A DNA stretch of 64,000 bases from Desulfobacterales bacterium (GCA_963674755.2 CAXXVS010000002.1:1024001-1088000); one strand, 5' to 3'. Numbered from the stretch's first letter, positions 9,181 to 19,836 are shown. Numbers and translations: made by a program. The notes: a model not told the origin generated them from the sequence alone.

Positions 9181-10866
9181 TTATTGCACAGTTACGTTAC
9201 GAACCCCCCACCAGTACTTGGTGACGCTGCCTTCATTATAAGTGCTGTCAAAAGTTAATACGTTCTGACTCGAGTCATTCACAAGGTTGTCAGGCAAAAT
9301 GATCATCTTCATATTCCCCCAACTATTGTTGGCTGTCTCAGCCATATAATCAACAGGATTACCATTCACAAAAACGCGAACCTCAACCTCGTTGTCGATA
9401 TCAAAACCCTCGCAGTTAACTTGTACATCCCCTGATATACCCTCAAATGAATATACTACCTTGTCCGCGTGTGTCTCATCACCATCCGGAATTTTGCCCA
9501 ATGGTAAAGCAGATGGGAGTGCAATGATCGTAGATCCTATCGAAACGTTGCGAACCCCCCACCAGTACTTGGTGACGCTGCCCTCATTATATGTGCTGTC
9601 AAAGGTTAATATATTCTGGCTCCAATCATTCACGAGGTTGTCAGGCAAAGTGATCATCTTCATATTGCCCCAACTGTTGTTGGCTGTCTCTGTCATATAG
9701 TCAACAGGGCGACCATTCACAAAAACGCGGACCTCAACCTCATTGTCGATATCAAAACCCTCGTAGCTTACATGTACATCTCCTGATACGCCCGCAAATG
9801 AGTAAGCTACTTTGTCCGCATGGGTTTCATCACCATCCGGAATTTTGCCCAATGGTGAAGTAGATGGGAGTGCAATGATCGTAGATCCTGTCGATACGTT
9901 ACGAACCCCCCACCAGTACTTGGTGACGCTGCCTTCATTATAAGTGCTGTCAAAAGTTAATATGTTCTGACTCGAGTCATTCACAAGGTTGTCAGGTAAG
10001 ATGATCGTCTTCGTGTTCCCCCAACTATTGTTGGCTGTCTCAGCCATATAATCAACAGGACTACCATTCACAAAAACACGAACCTCAACCCCGTTGTCAA
10101 TATCAAAACCTTCGTAGTTAATTTGTACATTCCCTGATATACCCGCAAAGGAATACACTACCTTATCCGCGTGTGTATCATCACCATCTGGAATTTTGCC
10201 TAACGATAAGTTAGATGGTAAAGTGTATATTTCTGTCGATGATGTTAGCGGATTTTGAGCATTAAAAATTGTATTTAATGTATCTGTTGTTCCATCTTGC
10301 AACCTGACTGATGCTGAAATATTGTGGCTACCATTGGAAAGTGAAGTGGTATCAAAAGGCTCACCTACGTCATAAGGCGCATAATTTTCCGTATTGTGGG
10401 TTTGCCCGTCGATGGAAAATACCACCTGCGAGACATAGGCTTCGGGATTCAGATAAATATAAACGTCACCAGAGATGGTCTGACCGCTCAAATCGACAGC
10501 ATCGGATCGATCCGAATTATAGCTGAGCAGCAAGGTGTAGTCTTCGGTCGCGGGTTCCGATGAGGTGGCATTTGCTGTTATTTCAGATGAATAGCCGCTC
10601 TCATTCCCGGATGTATCAAGCGCGGTCAAGGCAAAGTAGTAAGTCTGCCCTTCAACCAGATTGTCCACGGTATAAGATGTGGTGTTGCCGGTAGGCATTG
10701 GAGGGCCATAACTCCTGGATGCTGTTCCATAATAAAGGTTGTAACCGGCAATGTCCGGCTCCGAATTGGCTTGCCACCGCAATGTGACTGATGCTGCCCA
10801 GGAAACGACCGGCAAACATAAAAAGATAAATACTAAGAGATAGCTTATTGAAAGGCGTATCTTCAT
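9181..10866 (-). CDS. secreted fibronectin type III domain protein with Ig-like segment and three 117-aa tandem repeats
   Basis: signal peptide MKIRLSISYLLVFIFLCLPVVSWA; FN3 motifs VTLRW, GYNLYYG, YYFALTALD..GNES; repeats visible in protein and DNA. Confidence 0.85.
   Translation of the reverse strand: MKIRLSISYLLVFIFLCLPVVSWAASVTLRWQANSEPDIAGYNLYYGTASRSYGPPMPTGNTTSYTVDNLVEGQTYYFALTALDTSGNESGYSSEITANATSSEPATEDYTLLLSYNSDRSDAVDLSGQTISGDVYIYLNPEAYVSQVVFSIDGQTHNTENYAPYDVGEPFDTTSLSNGSHNISASVRLQDGTTDTLNTIFNAQNPLTSSTEIYTLPSNLSLGKIPDGDDTHADKVVYSFAGISGNVQINYEGFDIDNGVEVRVFVNGSPVDYMAETANNSWGNTKTIILPDNLVNDSSQNILTFDSTYNEGSVTKYWWGVRNVSTGSTIIALPSTSPLGKIPDGDETHADKVAYSFAGVSGDVHVSYEGFDIDNEVEVRVFVNGRPVDYMTETANNSWGNMKMITLPDNLVNDWSQNILTFDSTYNEGSVTKYWWGVRNVSIGSTIIALPSALPLGKIPDGDETHADKVVYSFEGISGDVQVNCEGFDIDNEVEVRVFVNGNPVDYMAETANNSWGNMKMIILPDNLVNDSSQNVLTFDSTYNEGSVTKYWWGVRNVTVQ
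9190..10222 (-). repeat. three intragenic tandem repeats, period 351 bp
   Basis: anchor GAACCCCCCACCAGTACTTGGTGACGCTGCC at 9201, 9552 and 9903. Confidence 0.95.
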
Positions 10867-10932
10867 GATTGTCTTCCTATCTGGCTTTTGAGTCCGCATA
10901 GTACCTTAAATAAAGAGATTTACGGAATCATT

Positions 10933-10948
10933 TGCAGATATTGTGCCA
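10933..10948 (-). promoter_or_regulatory. sigma54 -24/-12 promoter for the FN3-repeat gene
   Basis: minus strand TGGCACAATATCTGCA, GG-N10-GC. Confidence 0.7.
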
Positions 10949-11227
10949 TGAAAACTCATGGAAAAACACTTTGAATTAATTCAGAAATGTCATATCGATA
11001 AGGGAATTTGGCTATACGAAGTGTATGATTAATAGTACGCTGTCAAAAATGTGTATAGTTGATGGAACAGATCATCCGAAATCAGCAACCCTGGCAATGG
11101 CCGTCATCGTGAGGCGCGATAACGATTTTTGATCATTTATCTGGAGGCATTTCCCCTTTTCCAGGATCTGTTTCAATAACATCTCGCCGGCAGAATTTTT
11201 TATCGCCTCTTCAAGCATTCTATCCAT

Positions 11228-12109
11228 CTATGGTGCCATGCTCTTGATCTCAAGCAAGTCAACGAGATACTGGCCGTAGCCATTTTTCATCATGGGTTCA
11301 GCCAATTTGACGAGATCTTGATCCGATATGAACCTTCGTTTATAGGCGATTTCTTCGATACAGGCGATTTTCAATCCCTGCCGGTTCTCAATGGTTTCGA
11401 TGAAGGTGGAGGCCTGCATCAGACTCTCAAACGTGCCCGTGTCCAGCCAGGCGGTGCCGCGGCCCAATTTTTCCAGATAAAGTCTGTCCCTGTCGAGATA
11501 GGCACGGTTAACATCGGTGATTTCTAGTTCACCGCGCGTGGAGGGCTTCAGGCCCGCAGCAATGTCCAACACTTCGTTGTCGTAAAAATAGAGGCCTGTG
11601 ACGACCCAGTTGGACGCCGGTTTGGCTGGCTTTTCCTCGATCGAAATCACGCGATCGTTCTCATCGAAGGAAACCACCCCGTAGCGCTCGGGATCCTTGA
11701 CCCAGTATCCGAAAATACGGGCCCCTTCCTCCAGTTGGGACGATCGCTCGAGTTGTTCGGTCAATCCATGTCCGTAAAAGATGTTGTCACCCAAGACCAG
11801 GCAGACGGAATCCCTACCCACAAATTGTTTTCCGATGATGAAGGCCTGTGCCAATCCCTCCGGTTTAGGTTGGACGGCATATTGGAATGACAGCCCGAGC
11901 TGGCTGCCGTCGCCCAACAGCGCTTCAAACTTCGGCAAATCGTCCGGCGTCGAAATAATCAGGATGTCCCGTATGCCAGCCAGCATGAGAACGGACAAGG
12001 GATAATAGATCATGGGTTTGTCATACACCGGCAGTAGCTGCTTACTCACGGCCCGCGTAATGGGATAGAGACGCGTACCGGAACCGCCGGCCAGGATAAT
12101 GCCTTTCAT
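11228..12109 (-). CDS. rfbA: glucose-1-phosphate thymidylyltransferase
   Basis: [47 protein letters not shown]. Confidence 0.97.
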   Translation of the reverse strand: MKGIILAGGSGTRLYPITRAVSKQLLPVYDKPMIYYPLSVLMLAGIRDILIISTPDDLPKFEALLGDGSQLGLSFQYAVQPKPEGLAQAFIIGKQFVGRDSVCLVLGDNIFYGHGLTEQLERSSQLEEGARIFGYWVKDPERYGVVSFDENDRVISIEEKPAKPASNWVVTGLYFYDNEVLDIAAGLKPSTRGELEITDVNRAYLDRDRLYLEKLGRGTAWLDTGTFESLMQASTFIETIENRQGLKIACIEEIAYKRRFISDQDLVKLAEPMMKNGYGQYLVDLLEIKSMAP

Positions 12110-12137
12110 CGATCTCCCTTCAGAATGAATTGATGTG

Positions 12138-13217
12138 TTATCGCTTACTGTAGTTTTTCTCAATCCACTGCCGGTACTCACCGCTACGCACGTCATTTAT
12201 CCAATCGGGATGATCAAGATACCAATTAACCGTTTCTTTCAACGCGTCTTCAAATTGATAGTGGGGCTGCCAACCTAGTTCCTGTCTTAATTTCCCGGCA
12301 TCGATCGCGTAGCGTCGATCATGTCCCGGCCGATCCTTGACAAAGGTGATTAAATTCTGACTGACGTCATCACCGCAGCGTTCAAGCCGTTTATCCACAA
12401 TATCGCACAATAGGCGAACGACATCGATGTTGCGACGCTCGGAATTTCCGCCGATATTGTAGGTCTCCCCCAACCGGCCCTTTTCAAATACGTGCAGCAG
12501 CGCCGAACAGTGGTCGATGACGTAGAGCCAGTCCCGCACGTTGTGGCCGTCACCATAGACCGGCAGCGGTTTCTGCTCCACGATATTCAGGATCATCAGG
12601 GGAATCAGTTTTTCCGGAAATTGATATGGTCCGTAATTATTGGAGCAGTTGGTAACAAGTACCGGCAGCCCGAAGGTGCGATGATAGGCCTTGGCCAAAT
12701 GGTCCGATCCGGCCTTGGAGGCGGAATAAGGGCTGGAAGGATCGTAGGCGGTTTCTTCAGAAAAATAGCCTTCCTCACCCAGGCTGCCGTAGACTTCATC
12801 GGTGGAAACATGCAGAAACCGGAAATCGTTCGGCCGCCCTCCCCTCTCCCACATGTTTAAACTGGCTTCGAGCAACCGAAAAGTTCCCAGAACATTGGTT
12901 TCGATAAACGCTTCCGGGCTGGTGATAGAACGATCGACATGAGATTCGGCCGCGAAGTGGAAAATTCCGTCAAACCGGTAACGGGTAAAAAGCGTTTCCA
13001 GAAGTTGGCTGTCACAAATATTGCCGTGGACGAAGGTATAACGTTCTCCCCAATCCGCAGGAAGGGATTTAAAATTTTTATTATTGCCGGCATAGGTCAG
13101 CCAATCGAGATTGACGACATGCCAGTCCGGTCGGGTTTCTAAAACGTGGCGGATAAAATTGGTGCCGATGAAGCCCGCTCCGCCGGTAACCAACACGGTA
13201 CGGTCAATTGTTGTCAT
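12138..13217 (-). CDS. rfbB: dTDP-glucose 4,6-dehydratase
   Basis: [44 protein letters not shown]. Confidence 0.97.
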   Translation of the reverse strand: MTTIDRTVLVTGGAGFIGTNFIRHVLETRPDWHVVNLDWLTYAGNNKNFKSLPADWGERYTFVHGNICDSQLLETLFTRYRFDGIFHFAAESHVDRSITSPEAFIETNVLGTFRLLEASLNMWERGGRPNDFRFLHVSTDEVYGSLGEEGYFSEETAYDPSSPYSASKAGSDHLAKAYHRTFGLPVLVTNCSNNYGPYQFPEKLIPLMILNIVEQKPLPVYGDGHNVRDWLYVIDHCSALLHVFEKGRLGETYNIGGNSERRNIDVVRLLCDIVDKRLERCGDDVSQNLITFVKDRPGHDRRYAIDAGKLRQELGWQPHYQFEDALKETVNWYLDHPDWINDVRSGEYRQWIEKNYSKR

Positions 13218-13233
13218 TTCGTTCTTTGAAGCC

Positions 13234-14394
13234 CTATTGATTGAGAATTGCAGCTATTTTTTCCTGGTCACTCGCCCTAAGATACGGATGCATGGGCAGA
13301 CTGAAGATGCGGCTAGCGCAGTCTTCACTGACCGGGAAATCGCCTTCACGATACCCCAATTGTAGGAACACCTCTTGGAGGTGTAAGGCTTTGGGGTAAT
13401 AAACCGCCGTCGGAATATTTTCCTGCGCCAGTCGATTTTGAAGGGTTGCCCGGTGCGCTTCGTTTAGCGCTAAAACGGAATACTGGGCCCAAGCGCTGCG
13501 TACACCTTGCGGCACCTTAGGCAACTGCAAACCGGCACTCGCCCCAATTAATTCGTCATAGCGCTTGGCAACCGCATCTCGCAAAACGAGTTCCCCGGGG
13601 AAGATGTCCAATTTGGTCAGCAGTACTGCCGCTTGAATCGTATCGAGTCTGCCGTTGATGCCCACACGCACATTGTCGTATTGATGATTCCCCATACCGT
13701 GGATGCGAAGCGAACGCAGCAGTCCGGCCAGGTGGTCGTCCTTCGTAAAACACATGCCACCATCCCCATAGCAGCCCAAAGGCTTGGCCGGATAGAAAGA
13801 GGTGCAGGCGATATCTGCTAGGGCGCAGGCCTTTTGCCCGTTAAGTTCAGCGCCGAAGGACTGCGCTGCGTCCTCGATGAGCACCAGTTCATGCGTTTTC
13901 GCAATGGTACTGATGGCCGGGTAATCGGCCGGCAGGCCAAAAAGATCCACGGTAATGACAGCTTTTGGCACCAGCACTTCATCCTTGTCTAAGGATCGGT
14001 AGACCGGATGGGTTCGTTCGTCATTCGCCACATCACGGACCGCTGCCTCCAGCAATGTAGGGTCGATATTGAAACTCAGCGGGTCGATATCCACAAACAC
14101 CGGGGTGGCGCCTAACAGGCTGATGACTTCGGCCGTGGCGAAAAACGAAAAGGGTGTAGTGAAAACCGCATCGCCGGGCCCGATCTCATAGGCCATGAGT
14201 GCCATCAGGAGAGCATCGGTTCCGGAAGCGCAAGCCAGTGCATGGGAAACGCCGACATAATCGACCAGGCGTTTTTCCAATTCCTCGATTTCCGGGCCCA
14301 AAACATAGTGGCCGTGATCCAGCACCGTCAGGATGCGCTTTTCGAGGTCCTTGCGTATCCGCTGCTGTTGCGCTTCCAGGTCGACAAATTTCAT
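13234..14394 (-). CDS. DegT/DnrJ/EryC1/StrS sugar aminotransferase (WbpE-like)
   Basis: SGTDAL, IEDAAQSFG, SFYPAKPLGCYGDGG, NGRLDTIQAA, SLPMHPYL. Confidence 0.93.
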   Translation of the reverse strand: MKFVDLEAQQQRIRKDLEKRILTVLDHGHYVLGPEIEELEKRLVDYVGVSHALACASGTDALLMALMAYEIGPGDAVFTTPFSFFATAEVISLLGATPVFVDIDPLSFNIDPTLLEAAVRDVANDERTHPVYRSLDKDEVLVPKAVITVDLFGLPADYPAISTIAKTHELVLIEDAAQSFGAELNGQKACALADIACTSFYPAKPLGCYGDGGMCFTKDDHLAGLLRSLRIHGMGNHQYDNVRVGINGRLDTIQAAVLLTKLDIFPGELVLRDAVAKRYDELIGASAGLQLPKVPQGVRSAWAQYSVLALNEAHRATLQNRLAQENIPTAVYYPKALHLQEVFLQLGYREGDFPVSEDCASRIFSLPMHPYLRASDQEKIAAILNQ

Positions 14395-15299
14395 GGCGCA
14401 TCCTTCATTCCTAAACTCATCAACTCATCCATGGTGTCATGCAGTGCGGCCTGCCAACTGCGGATCTTCATCTGAAAAATCGATTGGATGAGATCGCAAT
14501 TCAAAACAGAATAGGCAGGCCGACGGGCGGGCGTGGGATAAGCTGAAGTCGGTATGGGAAGCAGTTGCTCCACCTGCAATGCATAACTGGGATAGGTCCG
14601 CGCGCGTTCAAACACGGCTTCGGCCAAACCGTACCATGTGGTTTCACCCTTATTGCAGAAATGATAGGTTCCCCAATAAGATCGGCCCTTGCGACGGACG
14701 GCTGCGATAATTTGCCAGACGGCAGCAGCCAGATCGGTCGCGCTGGTGGGGCAACCATACTGGTCATCCACGACTTTCAGAACGGGTTTCTCCCTCCCCA
14801 TCCGGAGCATGGTTTTGACGAAATTGTCGCCGGTAGCACTGTACAACCATGCGGTGCGGATAATGATGTGCTGTGTCAACAGCCTACGGACATTTGCTTC
14901 GCCCTGGGCTTTGCTGGCACCATATACCCCCAGCGGCGCAATCGTATCGCCTTCGCGATAGGGTATGCGCTGAGTGCCGTCGAACACATAGTCCGTGGAT
15001 ATATGAATCAAGGGGATGTTTTCCCGTGCGCAAAATGCCGCCAGATTGGCGGGGCCCCGGGCATTGACCGCCTGGGCACATCCCGGTTCCCTTTCCGCCT
15101 GATCTACGGCGGTATAGGCCGCCGCATTTACGACCACGTCCAAGGCCTTGTCTTTCAAACCCTTTTTAACCGAATTTTCCTCGGCGATGTCGCATTCCGA
15201 GCGGTCGAAGACTTCGACAGTCACATCGCCGACGGGCGATAAGCGAAGCAACGCGTTGCCGAGTTGGCCATTCTTACCGATAATGCCGACCGTAAACAT
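14391..15299 (-). CDS. rfbD: dTDP-4-dehydrorhamnose reductase
   Basis: GKNGQLG, NAAAYTAVD, STDYVFDG, YGASK, DDQYGCPT, ARRPAYS. Confidence 0.96.
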   Translation of the reverse strand: MFTVGIIGKNGQLGNALLRLSPVGDVTVEVFDRSECDIAEENSVKKGLKDKALDVVVNAAAYTAVDQAEREPGCAQAVNARGPANLAAFCARENIPLIHISTDYVFDGTQRIPYREGDTIAPLGVYGASKAQGEANVRRLLTQHIIIRTAWLYSATGDNFVKTMLRMGREKPVLKVVDDQYGCPTSATDLAAAVWQIIAAVRRKGRSYWGTYHFCNKGETTWYGLAEAVFERARTYPSYALQVEQLLPIPTSAYPTPARRPAYSVLNCDLIQSIFQMKIRSWQAALHDTMDELMSLGMKDAP

Positions 15300-15866
15300 T
15301 CAGCGCCCTTTGAAATCCGGAAGATATTCGTCAGAGACATCCGTCAATAGGGGCAGGGCCGCATCCTTGTCAGACAGCAAAGGCGCTTCGATGGGCCATT
15401 GGATGTCGATCGTAGGATCAGCAAAATGAATGCCGCGCTCGCATTCCGGCCTGTAATAATCCGAGCATTTGTAGAAAAACAGGGCTTTGGCACTAAGCAC
15501 TGCGAACCCATGAGCAAATCCCTCCGGGATATACAATTGTCGATGATTGCGGTCGGAAAGCGTGACGCCGAGCCATTGTTTGAAGGTGGGCGATCCTTTG
15601 CGCAAATCGACCGCCACGTCAAACACTTCTCCCTGGAGAGCCTGTACGAGTTTGGCCTGTCCCGAGGGATGCTGGTAATGCATGCCGCGGATCACCCCCT
15701 GCTGGGATGATGAGAGATTATCCTGGACAAACCGGTCATTGATGGGACCATGAGAATTCGGGCTTGCATTGTAAACCTCCATGAAGAGCCCCCTTGGATC
15801 TACAAACACCATCGGTTCGATGATCAGAAGTCCGGGAAGCTCAGTTTCAACAATTTTGCATGGCAT
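15300..15866 (-). CDS. rfbC: dTDP-4-dehydrorhamnose 3,5-epimerase
   Basis: DPRG, FVQDN, RGMHYQ, DVAVDLRKGSPTF, GFAHGF. Confidence 0.96.
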   Translation of the reverse strand: MPCKIVETELPGLLIIEPMVFVDPRGLFMEVYNASPNSHGPINDRFVQDNLSSSQQGVIRGMHYQHPSGQAKLVQALQGEVFDVAVDLRKGSPTFKQWLGVTLSDRNHRQLYIPEGFAHGFAVLSAKALFFYKCSDYYRPECERGIHFADPTIDIQWPIEAPLLSDKDAALPLLTDVSDEYLPDFKGR

Positions 15867-15902
15867 CGGCAAATTCGCTTTCCAAATTGGAGCATAGCCT
15901 CA

Positions 15903-16484
15903 TTATAGAGATAGAATCGACGCTTCGGGAATCGATAATTGTTTTAAGAAGGTGGTTGCTTCCTGGGGCGTATGATCTGTCGAGGTGATGATGACTTTTT
16001 CGATTTCATAATCTTTCAACGCTTCCGGGACGATGACTGCCGTGCCGATCAACTCTTCACCGGACCGTAGAGGATCAGCTATGGCAACCAGCTTCAAGGC
16101 GGTTTCCTGAATGGAAAGGCAACCGATTTCCGCCATGTCACCTGCACCGAAAAACGCTATTTTTTTAATCCCTTGGGATTCAAGTTTTTTAAGAAGTTCA
16201 CGAAATTTTTGCCTGGCATCCTTGTAGAAATGAAGGGACAACTGGATATAGGTATAGGTCAAACGCGATTTTTCGGCTGCGCCCTTAGGCGTCAAAATAT
16301 AACGGATGCGATTGCGCGGCAGGTGGGTAATCTTGAAATACCCTTTTTTTGCCATCCGACGCACGAACGAGTTCACCAGCCCTAATGAGACATTTAGGGA
16401 CTGGGCCATGTCGCGCTGGCTGGGTGCGTCCTGACAGTCAATGGCTTCCAGGATTTTTAGGGTGCGGATATCGTGTGGATTCAT
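15903..16484 (-). CDS. winged-helix regulator (EPS-associated MarR-like) with C-terminal Rossmann-like domain
   Basis: SQRDMAQSLNVSLGLVN, YILTPKG..EK, IAFFGAGDMAE; heads the rml operon. Confidence 0.85.
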   Translation of the reverse strand: MNPHDIRTLKILEAIDCQDAPSQRDMAQSLNVSLGLVNSFVRRMAKKGYFKITHLPRNRIRYILTPKGAAEKSRLTYTYIQLSLHFYKDARQKFRELLKKLESQGIKKIAFFGAGDMAEIGCLSIQETALKLVAIADPLRSGEELIGTAVIVPEALKDYEIEKVIITSTDHTPQEATTFLKQLSIPEASILSL

Positions 16485-16602
16485 AAAGCCGGTTCAAAGC
16501 AAGGCTAAAATTAGGTGGGATATAGCTCCGCCGGGTGGATTACCATTTTCCGGTAGAAAAATGGCCCGTCAAGGATATGATAGAGTGTGAATAAGACCAT
16601 CA

Positions 16603-16619
16603 CGTTCAGTAATTGAACG
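16603..16619. promoter_or_regulatory. palindromic operator candidate
   Basis: CGTTCA-GTAAT-TGAACG about 120 bp upstream of the wHTH regulator. Confidence 0.5.
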
Positions 16620-16737
16620 CACGCTTTTTGCTCACAGAACAATAAGAATGTCAACTTATTTTGATCGATGGGGCCGGTTTTTTCAAGAGGGTTTTGGCAG
16701 GTATGTGAGGCCGGATAATAAGAGCACCTTATAACGT

Positions 16738-16778
16738 TGAGCCTGCAGCCATGCGGCATAACCACGGCTGCAGGCTCA
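16738..16778 (-). terminator. 13-bp stem-loop after comEA
   Basis: TGAGCCTGCAGCC...GGCTGCAGGCTCA 12 nt past the stop; no strong U-tract. Confidence 0.5.
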
Positions 16779-16790
16779 GGTAAAGGCAGC

Positions 16791-17069
16791 TTATTTCTGA
16801 CTTACGGTGAGACGGTCCCTGTTTAGTTCCAGAATCTTGTCCCCTATTCCCTTGACGTTTTTGAGATCATCGACCGTCTTAAAGGGCCCGTTGGCGTCGC
16901 GATAGGCCACGATGCGCTCCGCGGTCTTGGGCCCTACCTTCTGGAGTTGGGTCAATTCATCGACCGTTGCCGTATTGATGTTGATTTTGCCATCAGTGGC
17001 CATCGCGAAAGGGATGAAAGACGTGCTCGCAAAACAGATCAACAATAGGACAATCCATAACCTCTTCAT
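16791..17069 (-). CDS. comEA: ComEA-family helix-hairpin-helix DNA-binding protein
   Basis: signal peptide, KININTA, VGPKTAERIVAYR, GPF, VKGIG. Confidence 0.9.
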   Translation of the reverse strand: MKRLWIVLLLICFASTSFIPFAMATDGKININTATVDELTQLQKVGPKTAERIVAYRDANGPFKTVDDLKNVKGIGDKILELNRDRLTVSQK

Positions 17070-17597
17070 GCGTTTTCCTCCATCTTCAAAGTTGAAAATC
17101 GGTCATGGCCACAGGTATGTCGGTCGAACGAGGCCACGACGCTCCGGATCTGTTTAAGTTACCTACCAAGATGTGTGCCAAAGAATTCGAATGTTTCAAT
17201 TCGAATTCTTTACGAACACCGGAGGTGCACTTCGACAATTATATCTTATTAATATATTTGTATTATTACCGTTTTTACATCATATCGAGGGTCACTTTTT
17301 TCCGTTTGTCTCATACCGCTTCCTTACCCAACCACGCCGTTTTAATAATCGTTGCGCCCCGTTCGCAGTGCAGCCATGCCCGCCGGCATGTGCATTCGAT
17401 CCCTGTGTTGACATCCGGATGAAGATCTGGATACTTGATTGTCGATTTTTTAACAGGACGCTTAAATCTGGAAGGCGTGGGATGACCGGCGTTTATCCTA
17501 TTGGAAGATGCGTAAATACCACGTTAATCCGCCTGATTCCGCATAACAGAATGGGGATGGCGCCGTCGGGACGGCCGGTGTTCAAGGAGAAATGACA

Positions 17598-17831
17598 ATG
17601 GGAGATACGACGAATACGGTGCGCGTCAATGTAACCGTCACTATCGCGGGAGAGACGCTTCAAACGATTGTTCAGACCGCCAAAGATATCGTGGGACGAA
17701 ATGAAAAGGGCCATTACCGGATCGATACGGCCGATCTGCTGGAGGATTTACTCTCCAGGTTCATCGCGGAAAGCGATTTCGCCGCCTTCACCGCTGATCC
17801 TGAAAACTACGGATTCCTTGATCCGCATTAG
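17598..17831 (+). CDS. small hypothetical protein
   Basis: AAGGAG RBS upstream; protein-like composition; no recognised domain. Confidence 0.6.
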   Translation: MGDTTNTVRVNVTVTIAGETLQTIVQTAKDIVGRNEKGHYRIDTADLLEDLLSRFIAESDFAAFTADPENYGFLDPH

Positions 17832-17896
17832 GTGCAGCGCCTGAAAAAAACTTGCCGATTCAATCGGTAGGGAGGATTTCTGCGGATGGCGTTGTT

Positions 17897-18649
17897 TTAA
17901 TTTTCCGAATCCCCTTTTATCCGTTGCGGCCCGAGTCTTTCATCGATGCGGTGCATGGCAGCCATGAAATCTTTGCGGATTTTGTCCGCAAAAGGGTTAT
18001 AGTGGTGCATATCCTGAAATAGCTGCCAGGTATCGTGCTCCACGACTTCCAGCGTATACCGGAGCCGCTTGTAGCCCTCGGTATCGATGGGCAGGGGGAC
18101 GGCGCCGAATTCTGCCAGAGAACGGCCGATGAAATGGGTGAGGGAAAGACTGACCGCGATCTGGCGGTCATGTTCTTCAGGGGTCGCTTCGATGACATCC
18201 AATCCCTTTCCCACCAGGTAGCTGAATATTTTTTGATAGGTATCCTTGGGGGTTGATACGTTGCAGAGCACCATTTTCCGGCCCTGCAGCGAATCCGCTG
18301 CACTGTCGGGACCGAACATGGGATGGGTTCCGAGTATGGCGACGCCCGGCGGTAATAGGGCCAGCATCCATTCAATGGGATTGAGTTTGACGGAGCAGAC
18401 GTCTATGACCACCGTCCCCGGAGAAACCAGCGGCGCAATGGTTTGCAACGTAACCTGCATGGCGCTGATGGGCACGCTCAAAACAAGAACCGGTTGCCGG
18501 CAGGCTTCTTCCAAAGTGGCTTTGGATGCGCCCACCGCCTCGATGGCAAATGCCGGCTGGCTTTTGGAATAAACCAGCACCCCGCAATCCACAGCCAGAT
18601 AGCGGGCCGCCAAGGCCCCGAATCGACCGAATCCGACGATGCCAATCAT
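17897..18649 (-). CDS. tyrA: prephenate/arogenate dehydrogenase
   Basis: IGIVGFGRFG, DVCSVK, THPMFGP, EEHD; last gene of aro operon. Confidence 0.9.
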   Translation of the reverse strand: MIGIVGFGRFGALAARYLAVDCGVLVYSKSQPAFAIEAVGASKATLEEACRQPVLVLSVPISAMQVTLQTIAPLVSPGTVVIDVCSVKLNPIEWMLALLPPGVAILGTHPMFGPDSAADSLQGRKMVLCNVSTPKDTYQKIFSYLVGKGLDVIEATPEEHDRQIAVSLSLTHFIGRSLAEFGAVPLPIDTEGYKRLRYTLEVVEHDTWQLFQDMHHYNPFADKIRKDFMAAMHRIDERLGPQRIKGDSEN

Positions 18650-19776
18650 AAAGCATCCCTCATTCGCGCAAACCCCTCGCGCAAGCGATCGTCACTGGTG
18701 GCAAACGAAATCCGAATATGGCCGGGGACTCCGAAAAACGTTCCCGGGACGACCGCCACATTGGCCTTCTCCAGCAGATAGCGCGCAAAATCCCGATCAT
18801 CAACAAAACGCTCTTGATAACAATCAATGCGCGGGAAGAGATAGAAGGCCCCCTGGGGTTCGATCACATCGAAAATTGCCTTGCCCAACTGTACCGCCAG
18901 GCGGCATCGTGCTTCATAGACGGCACGACGCTCTTCCAGGATGCTTTCGGAAATGTCAAGCGCCTGCAAGGCACCATACTGGGCAAAAGAACAGACATTG
19001 CCCGTCAGGTGGCCCTGAAGGGTTGTCAACCGGGTGATCATCTCCTCCGGAGCGACCACGTAGCCGACGCGAAACCCGGTCATGGCGTAAGTTTTGGAAA
19101 AACTGCGCACCACGATCAACTGCGATCTGATTTCCGGAATAGAAAAAGGGCTTACAAAAGCCTTGGGGCGATAAACAAAAGCGGAATACGCTTCGTCTGA
19201 AATCAGCCACAAATCTTTTTGGCGACACAACTCAGCAACGCGTGCAATGTCGCTTCGGTCATAGACGGCACCGGTGGGGTTGTTGGGCGAATTGATCAAG
19301 ATGGCGGCCGTGCGTTGCGTAACTGCCTGCTGAATTGCATCGACATCGAGCTGGTGCCGCCTCGTATTGACAAGCACCGGAACCCCGCCCGCCAGCCGTA
19401 TCTGGTGTTCGAAACTCACCCAGCAAGGGGCCGGCACAATGACTTCACGTCCTTCACCGCAGACAACCTGAAAGATTTCGTAAAGCCCCTGCTTGGCGCC
19501 ATTGGTAATGATGATATGCTGGGATCCGCAGCCTTCAAAGTCGCGGACCAGGCGTTCCCGTAACTCCGGCAGACCCGCCACCGGTCCATAGCGTGTCACG
19601 CCATTTTCCAGGGCCCGGCAGGTGGCATCCACGATCGGCGCATCGACGGCAAACTCCGGCTCACCCACGGCAAGATCGACCACATCTTTCCCTGCCGCCC
19701 GCAGTTCCCGTATCAAGGTGGTAAACGCGACAGTGCCAGATGGAGCTATATCGTTATATTTTTTAGATAGATACAT
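18646..19776 (-). CDS. PLP-dependent class I/II (aspartate-type) aminotransferase
   Basis: GEPEF, NGAKQ, NSPNNPTG, SDEAY, SFSKTYAMTGFRVG, RISFA; overlaps tyrA start. Confidence 0.92.
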   Translation of the reverse strand: MYLSKKYNDIAPSGTVAFTTLIRELRAAGKDVVDLAVGEPEFAVDAPIVDATCRALENGVTRYGPVAGLPELRERLVRDFEGCGSQHIIITNGAKQGLYEIFQVVCGEGREVIVPAPCWVSFEHQIRLAGGVPVLVNTRRHQLDVDAIQQAVTQRTAAILINSPNNPTGAVYDRSDIARVAELCRQKDLWLISDEAYSAFVYRPKAFVSPFSIPEIRSQLIVVRSFSKTYAMTGFRVGYVVAPEEMITRLTTLQGHLTGNVCSFAQYGALQALDISESILEERRAVYEARCRLAVQLGKAIFDVIEPQGAFYLFPRIDCYQERFVDDRDFARYLLEKANVAVVPGTFFGVPGHIRISFATSDDRLREGFARMRDAL

Positions 19777-19836
19777 ATATTTATTTAATGTTTTCCATAA
19801 GATTTATCTCTTTTAAAGATGATGCGGCCAACGCAT

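Noticed and set aside
9190..10222. Regular DNA repeats as a possible CRISPR array or DGR template
   Set aside because: The period is 351 bp, in frame within one CDS; there are no spacers, cas genes or reverse transcriptase.
17100..17590. Possible ncRNA or ORFs between comEA and the small + strand gene
   Set aside because: No recognisable RNA consensus or convincing coding signal; likely divergent promoter region.
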